Source: Candidatus Latescibacterota bacterium
GTDB lineage: Bacteria; Latescibacterota; UBA2968
Direction: 5' to 3'
Length of the DNA stretch: 64,000 nucleotides
NCBI GenBank assembly: GCA_022823725.1
Contig: JAJEHL010000022.1
Location: forward strand, 15,881-79,880
The notes under the pieces were generated by a model, which was not told where the DNA came from, did no database searches, and saw nothing but the letters and a program-made list of their open reading frames with translations. Position numbers and translations under genes: made by a program. Of the stretch, positions 10,066-19,609 are shown piece by piece (position 1 is the stretch's first letter; every line of letters begins with the position of its first letter).

Positions 10066-11607
10066 ATGGCAGACGCTATTGAAACACTGACGCGAAAAGA
10101 CTTCGTATCCGACCAGGAAGTGCGCTGGTGCCCCGGTTGTGGCGATTACGCCATCCTCGCACAGATGCAACGCGTATTGCCCGAAATGGGCATTGCGAGA
10201 GAAGAAATGGTCTTTATATCGGGCATTGGTTGTTCCAGCCGTTTCCCCTATTACATGAACACGTACGGTCTGCACACCATTCACGGTCGTGCGGCAACCG
10301 TGGCGACTGGCCTCAAAGTAGCCAATCCCGACCTGCACGTGTGGGTAATCACCGGCGATGGCGACAGCCTATCCATAGGCGGCAATCACCTGTTGCATGT
10401 GCTGCGTCGCAACGTCAATCTCAACATCATACTCTTCAACAATGCGATCTACGGTCTCACCAAAGGACAATATTCACCCACATCGCCGCCGGGTACGCGC
10501 ACCTATTCGTCGCCCATGGGCTCCGTGGAACAGGACTTCAATGCCATAAGCGTTGCCCTGGCAGCCGAAGCCACCTTTGTCGCCCGCAGTGTTGACCGCA
10601 ATACCAAGCACATGGCCGAGATCCTCAAACGCGCCACCGAACATCGCGGCACGTCCTTTGTCGAAATCTACCAGAACTGCAATATCTACAACGACGGTGC
10701 CTGGTCTTTTGCTACCGAGGCGAATGTCAAAGACGATCAGACCGTGATCCTCGAACACGGCCAACCCATCATCTTTGGCAAAGATCGCGACAAAGGCATC
10801 CGTATCAACGGGCTTGCGCCCGAAGTCGTAACCCTGGGCAATGGCGTATCGGAAAGCGACCTGCTCGCACACGACGAAACCCTGGACAATCCAGCCCATG
10901 CGTATTTGCTCAGCCGCCTCACACATCCGGACTATCCGGTGCCACTCGGCGTATTTCGCTGTGTAGAACGCCCAATTTACGAAGAGCAAATCATCGCACA
11001 GGGCCGCCAGGCAGTTGAAGACCGCGGCGCAGGCGATCTCAATGCACTGTATCACGCGACAGACACCTGGATTGTTCCGGAAGGTCCCGATGCCGAAACC
11101 GTGCAAGAGGTCCACGAAGAATTGCCCACATCGAATATCATTCCCGATATCGAACAAGAAGACCCCATGGCACCGCGCACCGCGCTTCAGCAACTGCTCT
11201 ACGATCCGATCTCATCGCTCGACCTGCCAGTACCTGAATGCGTATCCGCCGATACTTCGGTAGCCGATGCCGTTGAGACCATGCGCAGCAAAAATCTGGG
11301 CTGCTTACTGGTCGTTAACAAACGGGGCTTATTGCGCGGCATATTCGCGCAGGGCGATCTCTTTGAAAAAGTTGCCGGGCGCGATATAGACCTGACAAAA
11401 ATAACGATCGATAGCCTGATGACCAAAGACCCCACCGCATTGAAAACATCTGATCCCATCGGTCATCTCCTGCACCTGATGTCTCTGCACGGCTTCCGCC
11501 ACATACCCATTGTAGATCCCGATGAGCGTCCCGTGGGCCTGGCATCCTTCAAAGTCATGCTCAAGTTCACCGGCGGACTCTTCTCAGACGACATATCACC
11601 GAACTAA
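10066..11607 (+). CDS. korB: 2-oxoacid:ferredoxin oxidoreductase beta subunit fused to a C-terminal CBS pair
   Basis: WCPGCGD, SGIGCSS, GDGD...NN TPP motif, YGLTKGQ; then an acidic linker and two CBS repeats (GIFAQGDL; LMTKDP...HIPIVD). Confidence 0.92.
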   Translation: MADAIETLTRKDFVSDQEVRWCPGCGDYAILAQMQRVLPEMGIAREEMVFISGIGCSSRFPYYMNTYGLHTIHGRAATVATGLKVANPDLHVWVITGDGDSLSIGGNHLLHVLRRNVNLNIILFNNAIYGLTKGQYSPTSPPGTRTYSSPMGSVEQDFNAISVALAAEATFVARSVDRNTKHMAEILKRATEHRGTSFVEIYQNCNIYNDGAWSFATEANVKDDQTVILEHGQPIIFGKDRDKGIRINGLAPEVVTLGNGVSESDLLAHDETLDNPAHAYLLSRLTHPDYPVPLGVFRCVERPIYEEQIIAQGRQAVEDRGAGDLNALYHATDTWIVPEGPDAETVQEVHEELPTSNIIPDIEQEDPMAPRTALQQLLYDPISSLDLPVPECVSADTSVADAVETMRSKNLGCLLVVNKRGLLRGIFAQGDLFEKVAGRDIDLTKITIDSLMTKDPTALKTSDPIGHLLHLMSLHGFRHIPIVDPDERPVGLASFKVMLKFTGGLFSDDISPN

Positions 11608-11629
11608 CGCGCGTCAACATCACAGCGCG

Positions 11630-11667
11630 AAAAGAGTCCGCAAGCAACCTCGCGGACTCTTTTTTTG
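11630..11667 (+). terminator. Intrinsic terminator after the korAB operon
   Basis: AAAAGAGTCCGC / GCGGACTCTTTT stem plus T-run. Confidence 0.85.
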
Positions 11668-11678
11668 ATGGAGGAAAA

Positions 11679-12653
11679 ATGAACGACATTCGCTTATGCA
11701 TCATCGGCTCAGGCGGTATGGCGAGCCGCCACGCCCAGAATTTCTCTCAAACAGACGGCTTTAAACTCGTTGCCATTGCAGCGCGAAACCCAGAAACCGG
11801 GCCAGCACTCGCCAACAAGCACGCCGTAGATTACCTGCCGACCCATCGGGATATACTCAAACGCGACGACATCGACGCCATCGCAATATGCACCTATAAC
11901 GACACCCACAGTGAAATCGCCCTTGCCGCGCTCGATGCAAACAAACACGTTTTTACCGAATATCCCGCAACGCGCAATATCGATGAAGCGCGGCAATTGC
12001 TTTCCAGAATCGACCACTCATCTCGCGTCCTCCGCGTGGGCCACAACGAAGTACTCTCGCCATCTCACCGGGCACTCAAACGACAAACAGCCCAAACGGG
12101 ACATCTCATAACCGCACTTTTCACCCGCCTCACCCCGGGCCGAGGTCAACGTCCTGAGATCCTCTTTAATATTTCCATATCGGGTCCACCAGCCCTCTTT
12201 TTTGTCTATAATATTTATCCACTCGTCGATTGCTTTGGTCCCGCCACCTGGGTTGAAGCCGCTGCCCACTACGAAAATATACGCGATGACAGCACCTATG
12301 ATAGCTTTGCAAATTCCGTCACAGTCGGTTTTGAAAACGGCGGTATTGGGCAATGGAACTGGGCCGGTGGCATTGAAATTTCCGATGCCGAAGAATATCG
12401 TCGTATTGTCATGACAGGCGGGACACTCATCAACAGAGGCGATGGCTGGTGCCTATCGACAAAATCGGGCGAACACAACCTGCCCGCAGCCGAACCATCG
12501 GACGCCACAATCCAAACCCAATTCCTCAACGATATCCACAATGGCAACTGGCAAACCGACGCCCGCACCGCCATCAACGCCGCGCTGATCGGTCTCGCAG
12601 CCGAACGTTCAATGCAAGAAAACCGCCGTGTGACCCTCTCCGAACTTCTGTGA
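11679..12653 (+). CDS. Gfo/Idh/MocA family oxidoreductase
   Basis: IIGSGGMA Rossmann motif, KHVFTEYP. Confidence 0.88.
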   Translation: MNDIRLCIIGSGGMASRHAQNFSQTDGFKLVAIAARNPETGPALANKHAVDYLPTHRDILKRDDIDAIAICTYNDTHSEIALAALDANKHVFTEYPATRNIDEARQLLSRIDHSSRVLRVGHNEVLSPSHRALKRQTAQTGHLITALFTRLTPGRGQRPEILFNISISGPPALFFVYNIYPLVDCFGPATWVEAAAHYENIRDDSTYDSFANSVTVGFENGGIGQWNWAGGIEISDAEEYRRIVMTGGTLINRGDGWCLSTKSGEHNLPAAEPSDATIQTQFLNDIHNGNWQTDARTAINAALIGLAAERSMQENRRVTLSELL

Positions 12654-12740
12654 ATAAGCACAGAATATGCGTGACAGTTTGACTTACTTCGTGTATCATA
12701 AAGGTCAAAGTGTCCTCTCTCATAACTTTGAGCAAAAATC

Positions 12741-13607
12741 ATGACCCAAACCATCTCTCTAAACGACCTGGACTTCCAGTCCAAAAACATCGACATTCAG
12801 CGTGCAGCCGAAGCATTCAAAACGCATGGCGCGATAGTCGTGCGGGGATTGCTCCGCGAATACATCGACGCACTTCACCGCGACATTGAAGCCACAGCCA
12901 GGCAATCTCTCGCCCTCCTGGACCAGGCCACAGCAATCCCCGAAGGATGGCGCACACCCAACAGTACGCTCTTTATACCCGCGCCAGAAAATTACGAACG
13001 CGACCGACAAATCATGGTCCTGGGCATCAACTACAACACCAGTGCCACCTTCTTTCGCTCGGCATTTCACGCGCCCACCCTCGACATCGTCGAAGCCATA
13101 CTCGGCCCCAACATCGAACTCTACGGCAACGGCCAATGCCTGTACAAAGAACCCGTTGGAGGCCATCCCAAACACCTGCACCAGGACTCGGCCTATTTTG
13201 AACACCGATACGAAGGACCCGTTGGCATCCTCACCTACGTCGTCCCCACCGACCTCAAAAACGGCGCCCTCCACGTCGTACCCGGCTCTCACAAACTGGG
13301 ACAACTCGACCACATCGACACCTTCTCGCATCTGGGCCTCGCAGACCACGAATGGCCCTGGGAGCGCGCCCTCCCAATACCCGGTCAACCCGGTGACGCC
13401 ATCTTCTTCCACGTCAAAACTGTCCACGGCTCCAAACAGAACCACTCGGACAAACCCCGCCCCGTCTTCATACACCGCTATCGCAGAGCCGATGATTACG
13501 TCGTCATACGCGGCACCACCACAAAAAACCGCGCAGAATCGTCAAAGCGTCCGATAGAGGCAAAAAAAGAAAATGGATTTATGGTACGCGGTTTTCGTCC
13601 ATATTAA
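12741..13607 (+). CDS. Phytanoyl-CoA dioxygenase (PhyH) family 2OG/Fe(II) oxygenase
   Basis: HQD...VVPGSH...HGS facial triad. Confidence 0.9.
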   Translation: MTQTISLNDLDFQSKNIDIQRAAEAFKTHGAIVVRGLLREYIDALHRDIEATARQSLALLDQATAIPEGWRTPNSTLFIPAPENYERDRQIMVLGINYNTSATFFRSAFHAPTLDIVEAILGPNIELYGNGQCLYKEPVGGHPKHLHQDSAYFEHRYEGPVGILTYVVPTDLKNGALHVVPGSHKLGQLDHIDTFSHLGLADHEWPWERALPIPGQPGDAIFFHVKTVHGSKQNHSDKPRPVFIHRYRRADDYVVIRGTTTKNRAESSKRPIEAKKENGFMVRGFRPY

Positions 13608-13640
13608 AAAAAGCGCAGGATGCAATCCCACGCTTTTTTT
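13606..13640. terminator. Bidirectional intrinsic terminator between convergent genes
   Basis: A6-GCG...GGAT / ATCC...CGC-T7. Confidence 0.65.
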
Positions 13641-13676
13641 GCAAACAAAAACCCGTTTACGCCACGCCTCTTGCCT

Positions 13677-13716
13677 TTCATCTGCGTTCATCTGCGTTCA
13701 TCTGCGTTCATCTGCG
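13677..13716. repeat. Tandem repeat (TTCATCTGCG)x4
   Basis: Four exact 10-nt units overlapping the 3' end of the M14 peptidase gene. Confidence 0.95.
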
Positions 13717-14449
13717 GATAAACATTAACCTCCACCATCACCTCAATAGCCGCCAGATGCGCTGCAACGCGCACATCCATCGGCTGCGCCGTCGGGCTTT
13801 CTGACGTCACCAGATGCCCCGTATGTCCTCTCTGGTACAAAGCGATCGGTATGCCCTCCCCGTACTTCCGCCTCGCCACCTCCATATTGGGATGAATCAC
13901 CCCATCGACCGCAACCTCGCCCTCAATCTCAGCCTCTTTGTTAATCGGACACACCCGCGCCACCCGCGTCACCATCTCCCGCCCAAGAGGTCCCCGGTCT
14001 CCAAACATCTCGTATAAATAAAAACCCGGACTCTCCCAATCCTCGTGCAAATCGATCACCCCCGCAAAAACCCGCCCTTCCACAAACCCCTTCAAAATCT
14101 CAATCTCGGGCACATCATCGCGCAAAAACGCCCAATTCACATCCACCTCCTGTGCATTGAGCCGGGCATTGTGAACATAGCTCCACGGGCACAAACACGG
14201 AATAACCTCAAAACGCACCCCATCCACCCAGCGCTCCCATCCACCCTCCAAAAAAGCCAGCGCGGCCTCCACGCCAGCCGGTTCATCGCCGTGTGTCCCC
14301 CCATTGATATAAACAACAGGCGCGTCGCCCTTACCAGCAGACACACGCAAAACCGGCAACCCTTCAACCTCCCCCAGCTCATACACATCAACACCAGACA
14401 CCGCTTCCACGCGCTCGACAACAGCATCGTAATCCCGTTGACCCATCAC
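13688..14449 (-). CDS. M14 family metallopeptidase / succinylglutamate desuccinylase-like
   Basis: GGTHGDEPAG (HxxE), DVN, DLHED, ESP motifs. Confidence 0.85.
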   Translation of the reverse strand: MMGQRDYDAVVERVEAVSGVDVYELGEVEGLPVLRVSAGKGDAPVVYINGGTHGDEPAGVEAALAFLEGGWERWVDGVRFEVIPCLCPWSYVHNARLNAQEVDVNWAFLRDDVPEIEILKGFVEGRVFAGVIDLHEDWESPGFYLYEMFGDRGPLGREMVTRVARVCPINKEAEIEGEVAVDGVIHPNMEVARRKYGEGIPIALYQRGHTGHLVTSESPTAQPMDVRVAAHLAAIEVMVEVNVYPQMNADERR

Positions 14450-15405
14450 ACACCCCGAAGTGCGTCAATCACCTGCGCGTGAATCTCGCGGGCACTCACC
14501 ACCACCCCGCGATTATCTTCCATCTGAGCAGCAGACACAAAATCGAGCGGCCTACCAAACATATCGCTCACCTGTCCACCAGCTTCCTCAACAATAAGAG
14601 CACCCGCAGCGTGATCCCAGATATTCTCGCGATAATCCGGATATTCTGGCGACGGCAACCTCAAATACAACGCCGCATCGCCGCGAGCCACCGCGCCGTA
14701 TTTCACCTGACTATCCATCCTGAGCGATGGCGACTCAATACCCACCGCACGAGCCACTGCTTTGTGTGCATCTTGATCGCCGTGTGACGACTCCACACTC
14801 TCGGCAAACCGCCACGCAGGGTCATCAATCCGAACATCAGCAACATCGCCACCCGCAAGAGGCATCATCTGTGTACCCTCTCCCCGCACCGCCACAAATA
14901 ACACTCCACAATCACCGTCCGCCTCATCCATATCCACCGGCAGAGCCGGACACGCCAGCGCAGCAACCTTCACCTCTCCGCAATCGACGAGCGCCAGCGC
15001 CACCGCGTATTGATCCCCCCGCAAAAAACCCTTTGTCCCATCAATGGGATCCAGCGTCCAAAAACGCGCTGCAACATCTCCATTACCCGCATCAATCCAA
15101 TCGCAAATAGTATTTTCATCCGCCTGTGCATACGCCCGAACAAATTCGCATACAGTCTTCCGCATCGCAGATTGCTCTCCCCCCCGAAGCACCGACGCAT
15201 CTTCCTCCCCTACAATCGGATCCTCTGGAAAAACCGCCTTTAACCGCCTGCACACAAGCGCCTGCGAGCCAAAATCCGCAACCGTCACCGGACTGCGGTC
15301 CTCCTTCTCCATCGCCCCAACAAGTGATTTTCGCACATCGACACAAAGCCGAGCCGCCTCGCGCACAGCCTCGACAGCGACCTCGCACTCTTGATCATAT
15401 CCCAT
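14446..15405 (-). CDS. 3'(2'),5'-bisphosphate nucleotidase, HAL2-like (inositol monophosphatase family)
   Basis: SPVTVADF, GEE, DPIDGTKGFLRGDQYAVALAL, IWDHAAG. Start moved to ATG 15405. Confidence 0.9.
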   Translation of the reverse strand: MGYDQECEVAVEAVREAARLCVDVRKSLVGAMEKEDRSPVTVADFGSQALVCRRLKAVFPEDPIVGEEDASVLRGGEQSAMRKTVCEFVRAYAQADENTICDWIDAGNGDVAARFWTLDPIDGTKGFLRGDQYAVALALVDCGEVKVAALACPALPVDMDEADGDCGVLFVAVRGEGTQMMPLAGGDVADVRIDDPAWRFAESVESSHGDQDAHKAVARAVGIESPSLRMDSQVKYGAVARGDAALYLRLPSPEYPDYRENIWDHAAGALIVEEAGGQVSDMFGRPLDFVSAAQMEDNRGVVVSAREIHAQVIDALRGV

Positions 15406-15412
15406 AAACACC

Positions 15413-16312
15413 CTATTTCTCTTTCGCACCAAAATGATCCATCTCGCCGCGATCAATCCAACCCGGCAATCTAATCTTCTCCGACATCTTCCACGCCGTC
15501 AAATAAAGCGAAACCGTAAAACGCGCGGCCTCTCTTGCATGCTTCTCCGCAAAAGCGCGCACCGCAGGCTCATTCTTCCAATCTACATCTTTTGGAACGA
15601 GATACTGCTCCATAGACAGCGCGGACTCAACCTCTCCGAAACTCCTGCGCATCTGTGCCACAACACCCGCCATCAAACTATCCACGGGCGCAGCCGTCAA
15701 GCCCTCGGCAATATCTTCGGGTCTCAAATCCAAATTTTGAAGCAACCCATCAATCTTCTCGTGAATGCGCGTCCTGGACGACTTGCCATCTACAACGCGG
15801 CCATTCCAGTGAATCGTCAGATTCAGAGGCTGACAAACTTCCTGAGCAAAATGCGCCACATACCCGGCGTATATCAAACACTTATTTTGAACAAACGGAC
15901 TATCGGGCCACTTGCGAAACTCCGCAAATGCCAGAGCGAGTTGCTCCGTATATTCCGCTGTCGCGTACGGCAACAACCCCACCTGCTCCGGCCTCTTCCC
16001 CAACTCTGCACACAGCCTGCCAAACTCGTACCGCGACGCGGGCAAATCCCCCGCCTCGAACAGCTCCATATTAAAATAATGAACCGGATGACCAGCCTTC
16101 TCCAGATGAAGCGTACCGCGATTCTTTGCAACATCCGGATCAACAGCCGCGTGAGCCACCATACCCCCGCCAGCCCTGAGAAAAGCAGGCGCATCTGCCG
16201 GAAGAGCTTGAACAGCCGCCCGCGTCAAAATGCCATGCCCTCGCGGCCACCAGCCCCATGCCGAAGATCCAAAAATACATAAAAGAAATAACACAACACT
16301 CAATCGACGCAT
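15413..16312 (-). CDS. Secreted S1/P1 nuclease / Zn-phospholipase C fold protein, paralogue A (altered Zn ligands)
   Basis: Signal peptide, mature WWPRGH (W1/H6), DPD, HYFN, HFAQEVCQPLN, HEKID. Start at 16312 behind AAGGAG. Confidence 0.8.
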   Translation of the reverse strand: MRRLSVVLFLLCIFGSSAWGWWPRGHGILTRAAVQALPADAPAFLRAGGGMVAHAAVDPDVAKNRGTLHLEKAGHPVHYFNMELFEAGDLPASRYEFGRLCAELGKRPEQVGLLPYATAEYTEQLALAFAEFRKWPDSPFVQNKCLIYAGYVAHFAQEVCQPLNLTIHWNGRVVDGKSSRTRIHEKIDGLLQNLDLRPEDIAEGLTAAPVDSLMAGVVAQMRRSFGEVESALSMEQYLVPKDVDWKNEPAVRAFAEKHAREAARFTVSLYLTAWKMSEKIRLPGWIDRGEMDHFGAKEK

Positions 16313-16329
16313 AGATAATCTCCTTGAAT

Positions 16330-16425
16330 GAATAGACGAACCCCGCCCTACCACCCAAAACCTCTGGATTGCGGCTTACACCCTGCCGCAATGACGGCTT
16401 TCATGTACATTACCTGCTTCATTGA
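16330..16425. repeat. REP-like family, long copy B
   Basis: GAATAGACGAACCCCGCC...CAAAACCTCTGGATTGCGGC...GCCGCAATGACGGCTTTCA.GTACATTACCTGCTTCATTGA, near-identical to copies D, G and H. Confidence 0.9.
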
Positions 16426-16427
16426 TA

Positions 16428-16487
16428 AACTGGCCCCACATTACCCACTTGTGGGGCAGGCTCTGAGAGACGGCCAGTTGTACACCG
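16428..16487. repeat. Second hairpin module AACTGG...CCAGTTGTACACCG with nested CCCCACA/TGTGGGG stem
   Basis: Same module without the insert at 59009-59040. Confidence 0.7.
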
Positions 16488-16499
16488 CTCCGCGCCTTT

Positions 16500-17393
16500 C
16501 TACTCCCCGTCCCAAACCTCTCGCTTCACATAATCTGCAATCTCCAAACGCTCGGACAATCGCCAGGCAGTCAAATAAAGCTGTGCAGTAAATCGCGTCG
16601 CAGCCCGGGCGCGATCTTTTGCAAAAGCGATCACCTCGGCATTCGGTTCCCAATTCTCCTCGTCATATCTGGGAATATTCGGTCCCAATTCATAAACCCG
16701 ATCAACCAGTGCAAACCCCTCCTCAAACTCCCGCATAATCTCAGACATCACATTTTCAAAAGGCGTCACATCCTGATCCCGCGACAAAACCCCTGGCTCC
16801 ATCTTCAAAAACTGCACCAGACCATCCACCTTCTGATGAATACCCCTCTGCAACTTCTCGCCCCCCTCTTGCACGCGACCATCATAGTGAATCGTCAAAT
16901 GCAAAGGCTGGCACATATCCTCGGCATAGTGCGCGAGAAAACCCGCATAAATCAGACACTTACTCTGAATATGCGGATTATCGGGCCACTTGCGAAACTC
17001 TGCAAAAGCCACCGCCAAACGCTCTGTCCACTCATTCACCGCATAAGGCACAAAACCCATCTTCTCGGGCGAAACCCCATGCTCATAACACAACTTGACA
17101 AACGCGTATCGACTATCGGGCAACGTCTCCACAGCGAGCATCTCGCGATCCAAAAAATGCTCGGGATACTCTGCCCCTCGCACCTGCGGCGTCCCCCGAT
17201 TCTTGCCCATATCGGGATCAATACTCAAATGCGCCACCGTCTTTGCCCCCTGCCTGAAAAACGCAGGAACCTCATCGGGCAAAGCCGCCACAGCGGACAT
17301 AGTCAAAATATGATGCCCTTCCAGCAACCAGCCTCGAGCGGGGGAACACAACTCTGCGAGGAGTAAAACGGAAATAGCAAATCGTTTGATCAT
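16500..17393 (-). CDS. Secreted S1/P1 nuclease / Zn-phospholipase C fold protein, paralogue B (full ligand set)
   Basis: Signal peptide, WLLEGH, DPD, HFLD, HYAEDMCQPLH, HQKVD. Start at 17393 behind CAGGAGG. Confidence 0.85.
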   Translation of the reverse strand: MIKRFAISVLLLAELCSPARGWLLEGHHILTMSAVAALPDEVPAFFRQGAKTVAHLSIDPDMGKNRGTPQVRGAEYPEHFLDREMLAVETLPDSRYAFVKLCYEHGVSPEKMGFVPYAVNEWTERLAVAFAEFRKWPDNPHIQSKCLIYAGFLAHYAEDMCQPLHLTIHYDGRVQEGGEKLQRGIHQKVDGLVQFLKMEPGVLSRDQDVTPFENVMSEIMREFEEGFALVDRVYELGPNIPRYDEENWEPNAEVIAFAKDRARAATRFTAQLYLTAWRLSERLEIADYVKREVWDGE

Positions 17394-17451
17394 TAACACC
17401 TCCTGTAAATGCATAAGCAACCACAGATGGACACGGAGGAACACAGAGGAA

Positions 17452-17565
17452 AGCCTGCCCCCCGTATAAAAACACTACGGGGCAGGCTCTGCATGGTTTT
17501 GAGCAGGGGGCAAAACCTTCTGGATCGCGGCTAACAGCATGCCGCGATGACGGCTTTTATGTACT
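17452..17565. repeat. REP-like family, composite copy C
   Basis: AGCCTGCCCC...GGGGCAGGCT hairpin followed by CTGGATCGCGGC...GCCGCGATGAC (17520-17551). Confidence 0.85.
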
Positions 17566-17600
17566 GCATAGACCGCTGACTGCTTATTCACACATAAAGA

Positions 17601-17631
17601 CAGCGGAGAAACTCAAAAAGTTTCTCCGCTA
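17601..17631 (-). terminator. Terminator hairpin downstream of tRNA-Sec
   Basis: AGCGGAGAAACT / AGTTTCTCCGCT 12-bp stem. Confidence 0.75.
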
Positions 17632-17638
17632 TCAAAAA

Positions 17639-17736
17639 TGGCGGGAATGTGTGGGAATCGAACCCACCAGGCGTGGGGTTAGCACGCGACAACGGGTTTG
17701 AAGCCCGCGGGGGACACCAGTTCCCCATCCACTCCC
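17639..17736 (-). tRNA. selC: tRNA-Sec (anticodon UCA)
   Basis: Minus strand GGGAGTGGATGGGGAACTGGTGTCCCCCGCGGGC-TTCAAA-CCCGT...GGTTCGATTCCC...ATTCCCGCCA: 98 nt, long variable arm, encoded CCA, directly after selD. Confidence 0.97.
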
Positions 17737-17738
17737 AA

Positions 17739-18782
17739 TCACGCTCGTACCTCAATCTCACCGGGATGTTCTGCAACCACCTCGCCAATATCTCGAGCCA
17801 TCACACCGCGATCGTCTAACGCCTCAAGAAAAGCATTAGCCGCATCGGACGCAAGAGCAATTAACAGACCACCAGAAGTCTGCGGATCAAAAAACAAACG
17901 CCTCAAAGCCTCGTCAACATCATCGGCAAACCTCACCGCATGCCCTCGCGCCTCCCGATTGCGCCGCAAACCACCGCCCTCGCGCCCCTCTGCAATCTGC
18001 AAAGCCAGATCAAAACACGGCACATTAGAAGCGCGAATCCGAAACCCAACGCCACTCGCCTGCGCCATCTCCAACCCATGCCCGATCAACCCAAACCCCG
18101 TAATATCCGTACACCCGTCCGCATTGAATGCAACCATCTCCTCGGCTGCAATGCGATTCAACTGCACCATAGAATCCACGGCAATCTGCAAAGCATCTTC
18201 ATCGATCTCGCCATTTTGATAGGCATCCGACAACAAACCCGTACCCAGCGGCTTGGTCAAAATGAGACGATTACCCACCCGAGCACCTGCATTGGTCTTC
18301 ACATCATCTGGATGCACAACCCCCGTAACAGACAAACCGTACTTGGGTTCCACATCCTCCACAGAATGCCCACCGACCAGAACCGCACCGGACTCCGTCA
18401 CCTTCTCCTGTGCCCCTTTTAAAACCTCGGCAATCACCTCTGGCTCGACATCATCACTCGGAAACCCGCAAATATTCAGCGCAGTAATCGGACGCCCCCC
18501 CATCGCATACACATCGCTCAGCGAATTTGCTGCCGCAATCTGCCCATACGCATGCGGATCATCGACAATAGGCGTAAAAAAATCCACCGTCTGAATAAGA
18601 GCCACATCCTCAGAAATCCGAAACACGCCAGCATCATCAGCCGTATTCATCCCCACCATCAAATCGGGATGCGCCACACGCGGCAAATTTTTCAAAATCA
18701 CATCCAGCACCGCTGGATCGAGTTTCGATGCTCAACCACCGCAACTGACGAGCTGAGTCAATCTTTTAGCGCGATACTTCAT
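17739..18782 (-). CDS. selD: Selenide, water dikinase (selenophosphate synthetase), Sec-containing
   Basis: True start ATG 18782: MKYRAKRLTQLVSCGG-U(TGA 18734-18732)-ASKLDP, then DDAGV, TVDFFTP, GGHS, DITGFGL, DPQTSGGLL. Confidence 0.95.
18702..18718 (-). promoter_or_regulatory. Bacterial SECIS hairpin of selD
   Basis: ATCCAGC-GGT-GCTGGAT starting 13 nt after the UGA. Confidence 0.8.
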
Positions 18783-19609
18783 TTTTTTATTTCCTCATCT
18801 TCTCTCGCCATCTGTTCCTTTTGCCAGCGATAATCGACCTTGCCATCGTAAAACATCCCGGGGTTCTCTATCGCCCACAACTGCTTTCGAATCAACCAAT
18901 TCTTGGGATCCAGAACATAAGCGCGCTTTAATTCTGCAATCGCGTCTTCGCGCTTGCCCTGTTTTAGCAACGCGATAGCGCGCTGAAATATTGCATCGGC
19001 CTCCCGCTCATCCGCAGTCAGCGCGCGGGGTTTCGCACCCTCATCCGCATCGCGCCAGACACTGGGAACAACTCCCGATGTTATCCACTCAACCAGTTCT
19101 CCGCGCAGGGTCTCATTATCAATACTCACGCTACCAACACTGCGGACAAGTCGTCCTTCTTCATCCACAAAAATCCCAACCGGCACAAATTTCACATTAT
19201 ACGCCTTACCAATCGCATTGTGCTGATCCAGCAATGCGCGATATGTACCACCGGCTTTTTCAACCCAGGGTCTGGCAACCTCGGCACCCTGGGCATCCTG
19301 AGCAATGACCACCACCTCAACCTGCTCACCGTACTCCTGATAAAACGCTTGCCATCCAGGCAACTGAGCGCGGCACCCTCACCAGGACGCCCACATAAAA
19401 AACGCCGTCTTCTTCCCGCGAAAATCACTCGAAGAAATCATCTCCCCAGAATACAAATCCGGCAGTGTAAACGCAGGCGGCACCTGCCCAATGCTCAAAC
19501 CAATGTCATTCAGTTCAGACTCCAAAGTCTTCACAAATTCCTCCCCGGACAGGATATGAATAGGGATGAGTACACTCACCAGGATCAATACAAATGATAT
19601 TTTTTTCAT
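18779..19609 (-). CDS. Exported TlpA/AhpC-type redoxin selenoprotein (W-U-G-C) with C-terminal TPR, 276 aa
   Basis: Track ORFs 19379..19609 and 18779..19363 are in frame, separated only by TGA 19381-19379 plus 5 codons. Reads signal peptide, GQVPPAFTLPD, FFMWASW-U-GCRAQLP, YNVKFVP, TPR. Its stop overlaps the selD ATG (ATGA). Confidence 0.88.
19349..19363 (-). promoter_or_regulatory. Bacterial SECIS hairpin of the redoxin gene
   Basis: TTGCC-TGGAT-GGCAA starting 15 nt after the UGA. Confidence 0.7.

Noticed and set aside
18779-19609. Treating the redoxin and deiodinase-like loci as nonsense pseudogenes
   Set aside because: In both, the single TGA falls exactly at the catalytic Cys/Sec position, is followed by a SECIS-like hairpin, and the downstream frame is intact.
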